Assembly: GCA_001938485.1 (NCBI GenBank)
Contig: MQRK01253347.1
Location: forward strand, 27,797 to 78,323
Length of the DNA stretch: 50,527 nt
Direction of reading: 5' to 3'
Source of the DNA: Girardia tigrina
Lineage: Eukaryota
Part shown: positions 25,271 to 37,311 of the stretch, piece after piece
How the letters are laid out: each line of letters begins with the position of its first letter
Numbering within the stretch: the stretch's first letter is position 1
Made by a program: the position numbers and the translations under genes
Notes under the pieces: model-generated
Database searches by the model: none
What the model saw: only the letters and a program-made list of their open reading frames with translations
What the model was told of the DNA's origin: nothing

Positions 25271-26584
25271 AAGAGATATTTGCAATTAATTTTTTTAATC
25301 CATCAATGAATAAACAATTACCTTTGAGCAAACAAGATATTCCCTATATCGAATTTTTAATCATTTAAAATTTTTTATTTAATTTTCTTAATGACATTTG
25401 TTTAATTTGTATAAAAGAATTCAGAACGATTTTTGAATTTTTATTATGATTATTTCTAATGTTTTCATAATTATTATTACAATTAACTAATTACAGTTAA
25501 CCGTTAACTGATTCTATTTTAGCTCTCGATTTTCAATTGTTTGATGATTCTTAAATGTCGTGGTTTTGGCCATACTTTAGATTTTCATGTGTGATCTCTT
25601 ACTAGGTAATCCGACAAATTAATATCACTGCAATTTCGCTAAATTTATTAAAAAATACGGAACATATGATTTAATATAAAAGGAAAACAGTAAAAATGTC
25701 CAGAAATAAATAAGTAAAATTAGAGCTGAGTTTCAGATGATAATCGGTCAGTTTTAAATAAGGTTTTATAAATTCATTATGAGGAGTTAGTTTATTTTCA
25801 GTTCACTGATCGAAATTTAAATAATTTAAAAAAATTGAATTTAAATCAAATTTAAAATTTAAACTTAGAATGATACTTAAATATTTTAAATTTGAATTTG
25901 AAAATATTCTTTATAAATTAATTTGAATTAAAATATTATTTTAGTAGAAATATGAGTTCACCAAAACATATCTGATTAAGTACTTTTAAAATTAATAATT
26001 TTAGTCAAAATTTGAATTCTATTAAAAAATTTATTAATATTTTTAAAAATTTATTTTTTAAATTTTAAATTGAATTAAAGATATGATTAAAAAATTAAAT
26101 ATTTAAAATATAAAAAATTGAATATTAAATATAAGGTATTTTCAAAAATTTCAAAAAAATTAGTAAAAATGATTTCTGAAATCGTTGTTACAAACATCAC
26201 TAACATTCATAAAGGAGTTTGATATTTAAAACTTTCAGTTGTAATTTCATATCCTTTTATTTTCTGATTAAGTTTTTGGTTAGTACTTAATTTGTATATG
26301 TTATTCGTAAACTTTTTTTCATCATTTCTTGTAGTTCTAATTTATTATACATCGTCCGATATGTTTAGCTACCATGTTTTGACTGCCATACATAAACTCG
26401 GACACATCTTACATTCTTATTCTGCACTTAAATACATAATCCTACAAAGAAAAATTATTATCTAATCTACAATCCCATTTTAAAACTTCCTCAATGATTA
26501 CTACTTCATAGCAGTGTTTGAAATAGTTATATTATTTGAAATTCAAATTAAGAAGTTTTTCATTTTTGACTGAAATCTTTTCAG

Positions 26585-26809
26585 CTTCTATTGAATAACG
26601 GATCTACTATTAACATAATGTGGCAATTTCCTCAATATCTTTTGATCTCAATCGGAGAGATTTTGGTAAGTATCACCGGCCTCTCATTTTCTTATGACCA
26701 AGCTCCCGATGGAATGAAGTCTTTAGTAAATGCCTTTTGGTATTTATCTAATGCATTTGGTAATGTCATAGTAATGATTGTGGCTAAAATGGATCTTGTC
26801 GAAAAACAA
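26585..26809 (+). CDS. SLC15A: SLC15/PepT exon (TM10-TM11)
   Basis: INIMWQFPQYLLISIGEILVSITGLSFSYDQAPDGMKSLVNAFWYLSNAFGN is the PepT hallmark. tttcAG acceptor; GTTAGA donor at 26810. Confidence 0.96.
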
Positions 26810-27149
26810 GTTAGATTTTGTTCATTGGTTTAATTCCTTAATATATATTATTTATAAAGAAGTTAAAAAAAGTATTACGAACCAATATGATTTTCAACAC
26901 TTTTATTCTCATTACAATTGAAATTGTATTTAGGAAAATTCTCTGTAAAACTTTCATCATTCGACATCCAGTTAAATTGATAAGAACAAACTTTCATTTA
27001 AATTATTTTCAGATTTTTTAAGAAATTTTTACTTTAATAATTTCTTCAATAATCTTTATAAAAATTATTTTCATTTCATGTTGTATTTTAAAATTTAAAT
27101 CATCCTCGAACAATTAATAATCACGAACATCTAAAATACCGATTTTTCA

Positions 27150-28440
27150 TCTGATCATAGAATGAGAAGTTAGGCGGTTTAAATTCTGACAGAGGCAGGT
27201 GTTTTCGTGGTGTGGGCAAACAAGTTGGCACTTTCTTGTTACTGGAAGATTACGACTCGCGTGTAGTCTGATGAAGCGAATCGTGAGCGAGCTGAAGTTG
27301 GATGATAAGATTCATGGAACAAGTACTAAAATTTTGATGAATATTCAGAAGCGTTTGAATGAATGTGATCGGTGGGCGAATTCTGGACTATTCCGAAGTT
27401 GAAAACGGCTCGTGTATGGTGTCATGTGAGGAGCCTTTTAATTGGTGTATGTATGGAGGTGGATCACATCGTTGTAAAGGATAATTGGTGGTTACGGAAG
27501 AAAAATGATGTCTGCAACATTATTCTGGCAGAATTAGAAGCGGTGTTAAAGGGAGTCAATATGGCTCTGGTGTGAAATGTAACTGGGTAGAATCTGCAAC
27601 AGTTTGCTCTTGGATATGTTCGATCATTTAAGGTACAGGTTCAAGGATTGTTTGAGATGTTGATTAGAAGGCGAAAGAATGTAACACGACTTTGTCGATT
27701 TCCTTGGGGAAATCTATTGAAAACAAATCCGATGTCTTGACCTCGAAGAGTCCCTTCGAGTTGGTTCAAGAAGGCGAAATGTTTGATGTCAGTTAGTAAT
27801 GGGAGCGTTCCTTCTATCGAAAATGTGGAAGCTGTCCATTTGATGCATCATTTCTGTGGGAATAGAGCAGTGTCTCAGTCAAAAAGATCTACATGACTGT
27901 GGATGAGAGTGTAGTCACCAAGGTAGTTGCAAACTGTAACCGTTATTTGTCTATCAATCCATATGCTGTGAGGTGCATCAAAGGCGAGTTATAAGTCTCA
28001 CAAAATTTGCAACACCTGGCGTGTGACATCACGCATTTCGGCGGAGAGATGTTCTTTACGAGTGTCGATTGTGGGCCGAGTCGTTTCGTGATCTGGAGAC
28101 GGTTGAAAAACGAGAGAGCAGAAATCATTGAGGATATTCAGGGAGAGAGGACGTCCAGATGAACTGCTATGTTACAATGGGAAAAGCTTCCGTTCAGAAT
28201 TATTACAGAAGATGTGTGAATCGTTGAATGTGACAGTGCCGTACCGCTGTGCATATCGCTCTTCAGGAAATAGTGTTGTTGAGAGAAACCATCGCACCAT
28301 TAAACGGATGGTGGTGAGATCTGGATGGGACTTGCTAGATATGGTATATTATTATATTTTTACCCCAAAATCAGGTTCCAGTGCTGATTCGGTTAAAAGC
28401 AACGGGATATTCTCGTACGTATGGTGGTTTCCAATCATGA
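27150..28440 (+). mobile_element. Gypsy RNase H/integrase relic, same family as 7833-10127
   Basis: WWLRKKND..IILAELEAVLKGVNMAL; ACDITHFGG..VDCGPSRF; RERGRPDELL; VERNHRTIKRM; many stops and frameshifts. Confidence 0.85.
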
Positions 28441-28749
28441 AAGATTGTAATCTTCTAGCATTATTTAAATACTGAATAATTTAAATTGATAAAAGAAAAG
28501 ATCGGTTATTTGAAAAATTTATTAATAACAAAATCTATCGATTTAAACAATCGATAAAAAAATCATTTTTTTACTTAACAAAAATTAAATTAAAAATCAT
28601 TATTTTTAATTCGAAAAAATTGAATTAAAAATAATTTATTGATTAAGTAATGTTGTCACTTTACAATCTTAATTAATCAATTCAATCAACTAAATTACAA
28701 AAATGAGTTACACAACGAAATTAATTCAATTTGAAGCAGAAATAAATGA

Positions 28750-30154
28750 GTAATAATTACACGAACTGTTCAAAATGACCCCCTTCGACAGTGACACAAC
28801 GTTCCAGACGCATTTCTAGCTGATTTTGCAGTTGACATTTTCCAAGTTTCCTCTAATTTCTTCGAATGCTTCATTTATTCTATCAATCAGCTCCTTCTTA
28901 GAATTAGGCTTACTTTTACCGTAGACAATAGTTTTTACCTGACCCCAATAGTAAAAATCTAGCGGATTCAAATCCGGTGATCTAGCCGTCAAGTGAATAG
29001 GTCCATTTTGACCTATACATCGATTGGGAAATTTGTGATGTTGGAAATCCGTTACAACATCTCTGTAGTGTGATGGGGCTCCGTCTTGTATGTACCACAT
29101 CGATGCTCTCGAAGATAGTGGCACCTCGTCCATTAAAAAGGCAAACTTCCTCTAAAAATTCTCTGTACATTTTGTAATTTAAGTCAAAAAAATTTAAGTC
29201 CCTGAAAAATGTGCGGTCCTAACAAATGCTTTTCGATTATGCTAGTCCAAAAATTGACAGAAACCCGATATTGAAACTTCGATTCAATAATTACATGAGG
29301 ATTTTCTGTTGACCAAATGTGCTGATTGTGAAAGTTGTTCATTCCATCTCGCGTTAACAAGCTTCATCACAAAAAAAGAATTTTCTATATCAAATTCCGA
29401 TTCTCAATTAGCCAATTACATTAAGTTAGTTGTTGTCTAAAATCCTGATCAAGTAAATTTTGTACTGGATGCAAATGAAATGGGTGAAATCCATATTCAT
29501 GAAGAGTTCTAACGATGGATGTTTGGGATTGACCAGTTGCAGTTGAAATTCTTCTCAGGCTTGTTTGATTGTCGACTTCGATTTGTTAATGTAAAAAATT
29601 TAAAAATCTAAATTTTCGTCGGCAATGTCCCTTCTCGATACTTTGCGATTACATATTTGTGTCGGAAAATGGACATTTTCAATTAGTGCCATGAAGCATT
29701 GACAAATTGTTTTTCCACAAAGAGATCGATGGATTGGATACTTATTTTTATACTTTTCCGCGACTTTCACTGAACTACCGTTACAAAAACCGTACATTAA
29801 AAACCATGTCAGGTACTCTTTATTAGAGAATTGAAAAGGCATTTTAAAAATAACACGTGAATTGATTTTATCAATTTATCAATAGAATTTATGAATGAAT
29901 TTATCATGATTTGACATGATAACTGCGAAAACGAACTAAGAACTTCAAGCAATGACTAACTAAGCAATGACTAAGTAAATCATTGGATCTATGGAGTACA
30001 TTCACTTAATGATGTATGACTTCAACGTTTGAAGTTCAACCGTCATTATCTCGAAAACGGTTGAGAATTGGACAAAAGTACATAGAGTAATTTTTGCTTA
30101 GAATCACATCAAAAATCAGTGCGCCAATTTTTGTACCGTCGTCGCAGAACACTG
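28750..30154 (-). mobile_element. rosa-family (DD41D) Tc1/mariner element, degenerate
   Basis: QD-x41-D (QDGAPSHY...SPDLNPLDFYYWG); N-terminal FSNKEY..MYGFCNG; one TIR ending CACTG|TA at 30154. Confidence 0.85.
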
Positions 30155-30535
30155 TATTATAATGGGGGTCATAGAGTAAACAATAAATTTATTTGACAAA
30201 TACTATGTTAACACTAGGACAACCAAGAGATTATTTTTTTTCAACGAGTCAATTTAAATGACGCCCGTTGTAAGACAATAATTACTATCGGTTTGATTTT
30301 TAGTATTTGTCATGACTTTCAGATTTTGAAATTGTTGGTAGGGTGTTTCAAAAATTAAAATGATAGGAATTATTGTCCCAAAATTGGGCGATTTAGAATT
30401 ATCTGGTGATCGAACAGGACATTTCGCTGTCTTAGTTTTAATTAATTAGCATTTTATAAATTTTAAATGGCATTAAAAATTAAATTATTTATATTACATT
30501 TAATCCCAATATTGAAGCATAAATAAACATTTCAG

Positions 30536-30670
30536 AGCTGGGAGTATCTCATATTTGCCATTCTTTGTATCGTTTTTAACGTCATATTTGCTGGATTGGC
30601 ATTCTTTTATCGAATGAGCAAAAAGGAAGAATATGAGCGGATGATGGAAGTTACTGAGCACGTTGAGTGA
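30536..30670 (+). CDS. SLC15A: SLC15/PepT terminal exon (TM12 and C-terminal tail)
   Basis: tttcAG acceptor, phase 0; SWEYLIFAILCIVFNVIFAGLAFFYRMSKKEEYERMMEVTEHVE*; AATAAA at about 30911. Not in the ORF track. Confidence 0.9.
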   Translation, partial: SWEYLIFAILCIVFNVIFAGLAFFYRMSKKEEYERMMEVTEHVE

Positions 30671-32334
30671 TGAGCATTGATTTACGCAACATTCAGTCGT
30701 ATCTATCGCGTACTCGTACTCGTTTTGTCGGTTGTCATAATCAAATTAGTCTCGTTAACCTCGACCTTTTGTTATTTTTATTATCGCGTATTATTGCAGA
30801 GTCTATATTTGTCCTGTGGTTTTGTCTGATGTACGAATTACTTATCTCAGTACATTGAACTAATCTGTGTCGTTTTTTAATATTAATTTTCGAATATTTA
30901 TTGATTAAAAATAAAAAGAAAATAAATTTCTTTGAAATTTCCTTCAATTATTCCTTATTAAATTATTGATCCACATTGATCCAATCTTTGGTTGTGAGGA
31001 AGAGATCACATTATACTTGTGGTCCAAGATTTTAATAAAATAAGTATTTATCTCTTGTTTTTTTTATTTAATTTTTTATTTATTGATTTAAATTTTTTAT
31101 TTACTCTGAATCTGGGTTGTAGATTTTTGAAATTTATTATTTTAATAAGTAAGAAATATTAGAAATTGAAAATTTTTAACATATTTTAGCAAAAAAATCA
31201 TGTTAAAGTTTCTGAGTGTTATTTATATAATCTTGGGTGGCAGTCGATCTAGCCAAGAAGATGTCTTCACCGGCAACTTAATACGACCATCTTCATTGTT
31301 GTGGTACGAGTGGCTGATATTAATTGTACTCTGATAGTACTTGAATAAATGTTTGATCGAGCAGCTTTTAGAAATGTCCTTGTACCCGAATCGATGTATC
31401 TTGATCATCATCAGGAATTATTTATTTAATAACGCAAAGAAATATCGATTGAATAAATATAATTATTTTAATTAGATTTTATTAGAAAAAATAATAAATT
31501 TCTAAAATTAAAACAAACAATGTGGAGTTATTCTACTGATGCAAGCAAATTTTAGCACCAAAATTAAAGAAAATATAAAAAAAACAAAAAACTTAATATC
31601 TCAGTACTAATCATATCCTCCACGAAATTCCTGATCACTGGTGTCAAGATCACTCGAATGACATTTAGCAGGAATATCAACAATTGACTCTTCATCATTT
31701 TCGTCATAGATCATATCGCCTTCAGTCCCATCTATCAGGTTTTATATTCCAGTCTTCCTTAATGACAACCTTAATCTTCACCGAGTCTTACGGTATTTTG
31801 TTGGAATATAGGTGAGTTATAAAGTAAGTCAACAAGAAAATCAAAAACACGAAGGTTTATATTTTCAAAATATATTTATTTATGTACAATACAATCTTTT
31901 TAGATATTTAAAAACTACCTATTCTATTTAAGAATTTGTATTTTGGGTAGTGTTGGAAGAGGATATGCTCTTGCCCACTGTTAAGAGAACTCACACATTT
32001 GACAGAATATTTATTACATTCACAATTTTTATCATCTTTATGATGATCAATATTATTGCTTTTACTAGCATCCATCAATCAATTTTCAATATCTCCCATT
32101 ATAATCGGAACTATACTTGATAAGATTATTTTATTTAAAAATATTTAATTTAAATTTGATTGGCTGAAATAAAATATTTTTATAGTCATTTTTAAACATT
32201 AATTTGATTTTAATTATTTAAAAATTNNNNNNNNNNNNNNNNNNNNNNNNNNNNNNNNNNNNNNNNNNNNNNNNNNNNNNNNNNTATTAAATCTAAATTT
32301 AAATAAATTAGTTTCAGATTATAAAAAATTAAAT

Positions 32335-32441
32335 ATTGATAATCCATCTGGTTAGGAGAGGCACAATCCCAAATCAACATACAACATTTGAACATGCAAA
32401 AAAACTACACAAAAACATACACACACCAAATATTCCTCACA
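32335..32441 (-). repeat. Partial copy of the TGTGAGGAAT solo-LTR family
   Basis: Reverse complement aligns with 6770-6860. Confidence 0.7.
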
Positions 32442-32520
32442 ATAATAAAATTTTCCATTTACGTTAATATACCTTAAAATATTATAAATTTATAAAAAAA
32501 TTTCTCTCACTTTTTTCAAC

Positions 32521-33630
32521 ATGAATCTTCAATTCTTTACTTCAAAATCTGGAAATCCGATTGTTGCGTATGCAGGCTATTCTCATCGCTTGAATTAAAG
32601 GCTGTTTTTTTCATCGGAACCAATCAATTTGGAAAAAAATAAAAGAAACATCAAATCTTCCAGATCTCTATTCAAACAATGATGAAATTAGAACCATTCT
32701 GAAATCAATAATGACCTTAGCGTTTGTTCCTGTGGATGATGTTATCACTGCCTTTTTTGTTTTACTTGACCTTTCCAATGATTATCCAAACTCGATGATG
32801 TCTTTGTATATTTTGAGGATACATATATTGGCCGTGCTCGTGCAGAACGAAGATTACGTCCTCGATATTCCATTCAGTGTTGGAATGTATATGACCGCGT
32901 TATTTCTCATCTACCAAGCACAAACAATGCAATAGAAAATTTGCATCGTGCGTTTCAAAATTCTATTGCTTGCAATCACCCAACTGTTTATAGTTTGATA
33001 AATCAAATTCGTACTGAACAAGATTTTGTTGATCTAATTTTGCAGCGCATTAAACTTCTCTTTAGAATTGAAGAATTCCCACAATTCTCATCGCAAATTT
33101 ATGCCAAAGTAAGTGAGAGGATTGAATGTGTCGTTGAGCAATACAATAAAATGCCAATATTAGATTCTCTTAGAGGCGTTGCTCATAATTTAAACTTTTT
33201 GTATTAAAGTATATATTTACTATTTCATTATTTTAATATATCAGTTTAATGTTTTTGTATCTATCTTCTATTTACACATCAATTTTTTTGGTGTTTTATT
33301 CATTTGTTCTAGAATGTTATTTGAATTTTTTAAATTAGGAATTTACTAATTTTTCGTATGTTGTTTGTTTATTTTTTATATTAAAAAGAATAATTAAATA
33401 TCATGTCGATCTGAAATTTTCTATCCATTTATGTTTTAAAATTAAGCCTGTGTTTTATCATAACATAATTAAAATTTTTTATTCATATTTTAGATGATAT
33501 TTTAAATTCTTTTTTGACTATTTTGTTGTAAATTTTCCGCAGTAAAGTCGCCCGCTGTAAAGTCACCTGTGGTAAAGTCGCCGGCGGTAAAGACGTCTGC
33601 GGTAAAGTCGCCGCGGTAAAGTCGGCGTAC
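32521..33630 (+). mobile_element. Internally deleted MULE (Mutator-like) element with subterminal tandem repeats
   Basis: FLYWCH-like start (FTSKSGNPIVAYAGY); LAFVPVDDV; YFEDTYIG..WNVY..PSTNNAIENLHRAF..HPTVY; six ~15-bp GCGGTAAAGTCGCC repeats at 33538-33627. Confidence 0.8.
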
Positions 33631-34049
33631 TAAGAAAAGTATAAAAAATTAAATATCTATTTAAAAATAAAAAATATATTTTAATGTATCTATTAAATAT
33701 CTTAAAATTAAAAATGTTAAGAAAACTATAAAATATTAAATATTAAAAATATATAAAATATTATAAAATATATTAAATATTAAATATATTTTCTATAAAA
33801 GCAGTTCGAATGCAAGAATCAAAAAAGTGAAAGAAAAAGAGGAAAAGCAAAAGTGTGAATTAAATATTAATTATATATTTTGCTTAATAAATTTTTATAT
33901 ATTCCAAAATCAGTGGGGTAGAAGAATTTCTTCTCCCTTTTTATCTAAATTGTAAATTCACAGATAAGTTAAGCTCCTAAAATTTTTGTATTTGTGCAGT
34001 TTGTATATAATAAATAAATTTTATTTATAAAGACAACTCTTTGTTTTTA

Positions 34050-34722
34050 ATCTTTATTTTATATAAAATCACATAATATCCCAGCACTTTTATTAATGTA
34101 TTATTGAGGCTTTCATCTTCTTTATTCTCAATGATTTTAAATGCTTCGACCCAAAATATTTTTGTCGTTTCAACACTAACAATTTCCCATGCTGCCTTTG
34201 TAAAATTTATTGCATCAAAAAGATCAAATTTATCTATTACAACATCTTTATCAAGACTTTCATAGGAAATAATTTTATTGTTATAATAATCCTTTAATTA
34301 TTTCCATATCTAACGGTTGCAATAAAGATGTTGTATTTTTTGGCAATTTTATCAAATTATCATTACTCAGAAACATTTGAACGTGTGGTGGGGCATTATC
34401 CACTATTAATAAAAGTTTTCTCTTTTGGATTGTCATCATTTCATTTAGATTAGAAGCCCAAAGTTGAAAAATATTTGAATTTGTCTAAGCGCTTTTACTA
34501 ACAATAAAATTTACGTTGTATGTCTCTAAATTAATATTTTTTTTAACTTCTTTGATTTTTAGATTTGTCAATAATCTTTTAAATTTAATCTTTTTATTTT
34601 TCGCCTGTCATACTAATACTTAACATTAATGTGAGTCTTTCTTTAGATTCTGTGTTATTTTTTGCATCATCATTCTCTTTTACACAACTATAAGAACCAA
34701 GTTTTCAATAATATAATGAAGT
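34050..34722 (-). mobile_element. Tigger/pogo transposase, C-terminal half (DDE_1)
   Basis: TSLYY.KLGSYS..SKERLTLMLSISMTGEK; RKLLLIVDNAPPH; PKNTTSLLQPLD. Confidence 0.85.
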
Positions 34723-35054
34723 TTAAACGACCGTTTAAACGTTTTCGTTTTTTAGGACGTTTAAACGTTTAGCGATTTCTAAACGAGCGTATAATTATTA
34801 AGTTTGTATTTCAAAACTCACAACATGAGTTATACTTTTTTTGAAACTTTAATCAGACTGCCTAAGGCCTATTCATTGGTAAAGAACACATTGTCCCAAT
34901 CTATTTAGCTTTTTCGTGGGACTAGAGGTTGGCAAATTTCGCGTTTAAACGTTTTCGATTTTTAAGACGTTTAGCAATTTATAAACGGGCGTATATTTCT
35001 TAAGTTTGTATTTCGAATTTTCAATAATTAGAATTACAAATCAACAGATTTACT

Positions 35055-35130
35055 CTGTTACTCGGTATGCCTATGCTGGTACTGTAATCTCTACGATACT
35101 CAGTTATCCGTTCAGTCGGCGAAAGCTTGT
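35055..35130 (+). repeat. Copy of the RTE-like 3'UTR
   Basis: TACTGTAATCTCTACGATACTCAGTTATCCGTTCAGTCGG matches the reverse complement of 24950-25000. Confidence 0.75.
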
Positions 35131-35444
35131 TACATCAAGGTCATACAATTCCGTCAGAAACCATGTCATCAAAATTTTGTCGAATGCACAGTTCCACATC
35201 TTCATATGTTTGCTCACTATCACCATAATCATTTATAATAAAATGAATTGATAAGTTTTTCCATATTTTGATTTATAAAAAGTTTAAGAATTCATTTCAT
35301 GTAAGAACAAGTTACAATTTCATTGTTATACTATCAAACTTATAGGAGAGTTAAATTGCTCCGGATGTCTAAAGAAACCAGACTTAAAATGTTTTCAAAA
35401 ATAGCATTACGATTCAAACAAGTTAATAAAAAGTCTAGTGACAA

Positions 35445-36242
35445 TTTAAGCGCAATTTCCTTATGTTATTCGGTGCCCAAATATTAAAACGTTTATATCA
35501 GTATTTGACTATGATTAATTTTTTGTGACCNNNNNNNNNNNNNNNNNNNNNNNNNNNNNNNNNNNNNNNNNNNNNNNNNNNNNNNNNNNNNNNNNNNNNN
35601 NNNNNNNNNNNNNNNNNNNNNNNNNNNNNNNNNNNNNNNNNNNNNNNNNNNNNNNNNNNNNNNNNNNNNNNNNNNNNNNNNNNNNNNNNNNNNNNNNNNN
35701 NNNNNNNNNNNNNNNNNNNNNNNNNNNNNNNNNNNNNNNNNNNNNNNNNNNNNNNNNNNNNNNNNNNNNNNNNNNNNNNNNNNNNNNNNNNNNNNNNNNN
35801 NNNNNNNNNNNNNNNNNNNNNNNNNNNNNNNNNNNNNNNNNNNNNNNNNNNNNNNNNNNNNNNNNNNNNNNNNNNNNNNNNNNNNNNNNNNNNNNNNNNN
35901 NNNNNNNNNNNNNNNNNNNNNNNNNNNNNNNNNNNNNNNNNNNNNNNNNNNNNNNNGTAAATGTTTCAAGTCGCTAAGTGGTCTGGTTGCCGAGATATAG
36001 GCCAAAAACTGCATTTTTTCGAGGTTTTTTGGCTTTTTCGGGAAATCCAGGAAGGAATTCCGGGAATTTTTTTGGCCCACAATCATCCTCCAAACTTACT
36101 TAACATATTTGCTTTTTGAACTAGCCCTCGATATTGCTTCGTTGAGGAGGAGATACCTACTTAAAGCTGCGGACACACATCCATCCACACAGAAATAACC
36201 AATTAATAATCGCAATTGTCAGTATGGAAATTGCGCTAAAAA
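35445..36242 (+). mobile_element. Non-autonomous Helentron/DINE-1-like element (interior partly N)
   Basis: Inverted repeat AGCGCAATTTCC / GGAAATTGCGCT; 3' hairpin CGCAATT..AATTGCG; ACAC/CATC microsatellite near the 3' end; T-run and A-run ends. Confidence 0.65.
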
Positions 36243-36669
36243 CAAGAACAGATGTCTAAAACAGAATGATTAAAATGCATTTATCTGAATTTATTAAATG
36301 ATATATGAAAATAAATTTACATGTATTTCTATACAATAAGTTATTAATTAATTAATCGTAAATATTATAAATTTTGAGAACATGACAAAAAATATTTTCT
36401 TTCAATAATAAACGAAAAATTTTTACCAACTAAAAAAATAAATGATAATTATTTAAAATAAATATATTTCGATTAAATAATCGATTGATAAATTTAAATA
36501 ACATTTTTTATAGATATATCATCAATTATTTATAATATATTATAATTTTCATATCGAAAATTGTTTCTTTTTATACAATTTGTTTAATACAAATATTTAT
36601 AATTTGTTTAAATACTTTAATTTTATCATTTTAGTGATTTGAATGGCAATTTGAGCGACACTTAAAATT

Positions 36670-36775
36670 TGGTATGGCGGTCGTCAAACTGTATGTGTGT
36701 CAACTATTTATTATTGTTATTATTATTACTATCGAAGGGAGAATACGTTTATCCTTTCATGAGGACCGCCTAAAA
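36670..36775. mobile_element. Very short Helentron-like or MITE element
   Basis: GGCGGTCGTC vs GAGGACCGCC inverted repeat, with internal hairpin GAAGGGA..TCCTTTC. Confidence 0.35.
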
Positions 36776-37311
36776 TAAAAATCTTAATGTAACTGAAGGG
36801 CATCTTATAGTGCTTTTTGTTATAATTCGAGATGACAATTGTGTATAAATAGGAGATATTGATTTTTATTGATTGTGGTAACATTTATTAAAAAAATTAA
36901 CTAATCATGGATAATCCCGCCTACCTTTTTCTNNNNNNNNNNNNNNNNNNNNNNNNNNNNNNNNNNNNNNNNNNNNNNNNNNNNNNNNNNNNNNNNNNNN
37001 NNNNNNNNNNNNNNNNNNNNNNNNNNNNNNNNNNNNNNNNNNNNNNNNNNNNNNNNNNNNNNNNNNNNNNNNNNNNNTAATTAATTATGATATAAATTAA
37101 ATAATGATAAAATTTATAAATAATTATGAACTATTTTATTGAAGTATATGATAGTTTCGAAGTCTCCCCCAACTGGACGGATAACTGACTATCACAGTGA
37201 CTACAGTACCAGAATTGGCGTATGTTGGGTTCTTGATCAATATTAGAATTCATAACACCAAAAATTTATTCAAAAATTTAAAGGATGAACTTTTCACATG
37301 AGTCCTTCACA

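Noticed and set aside
35493-36086. Long ORFs spanning N runs (also 1423-1716 and 14315-14819)
   Set aside because: Artefacts of assembly gaps translated as X.
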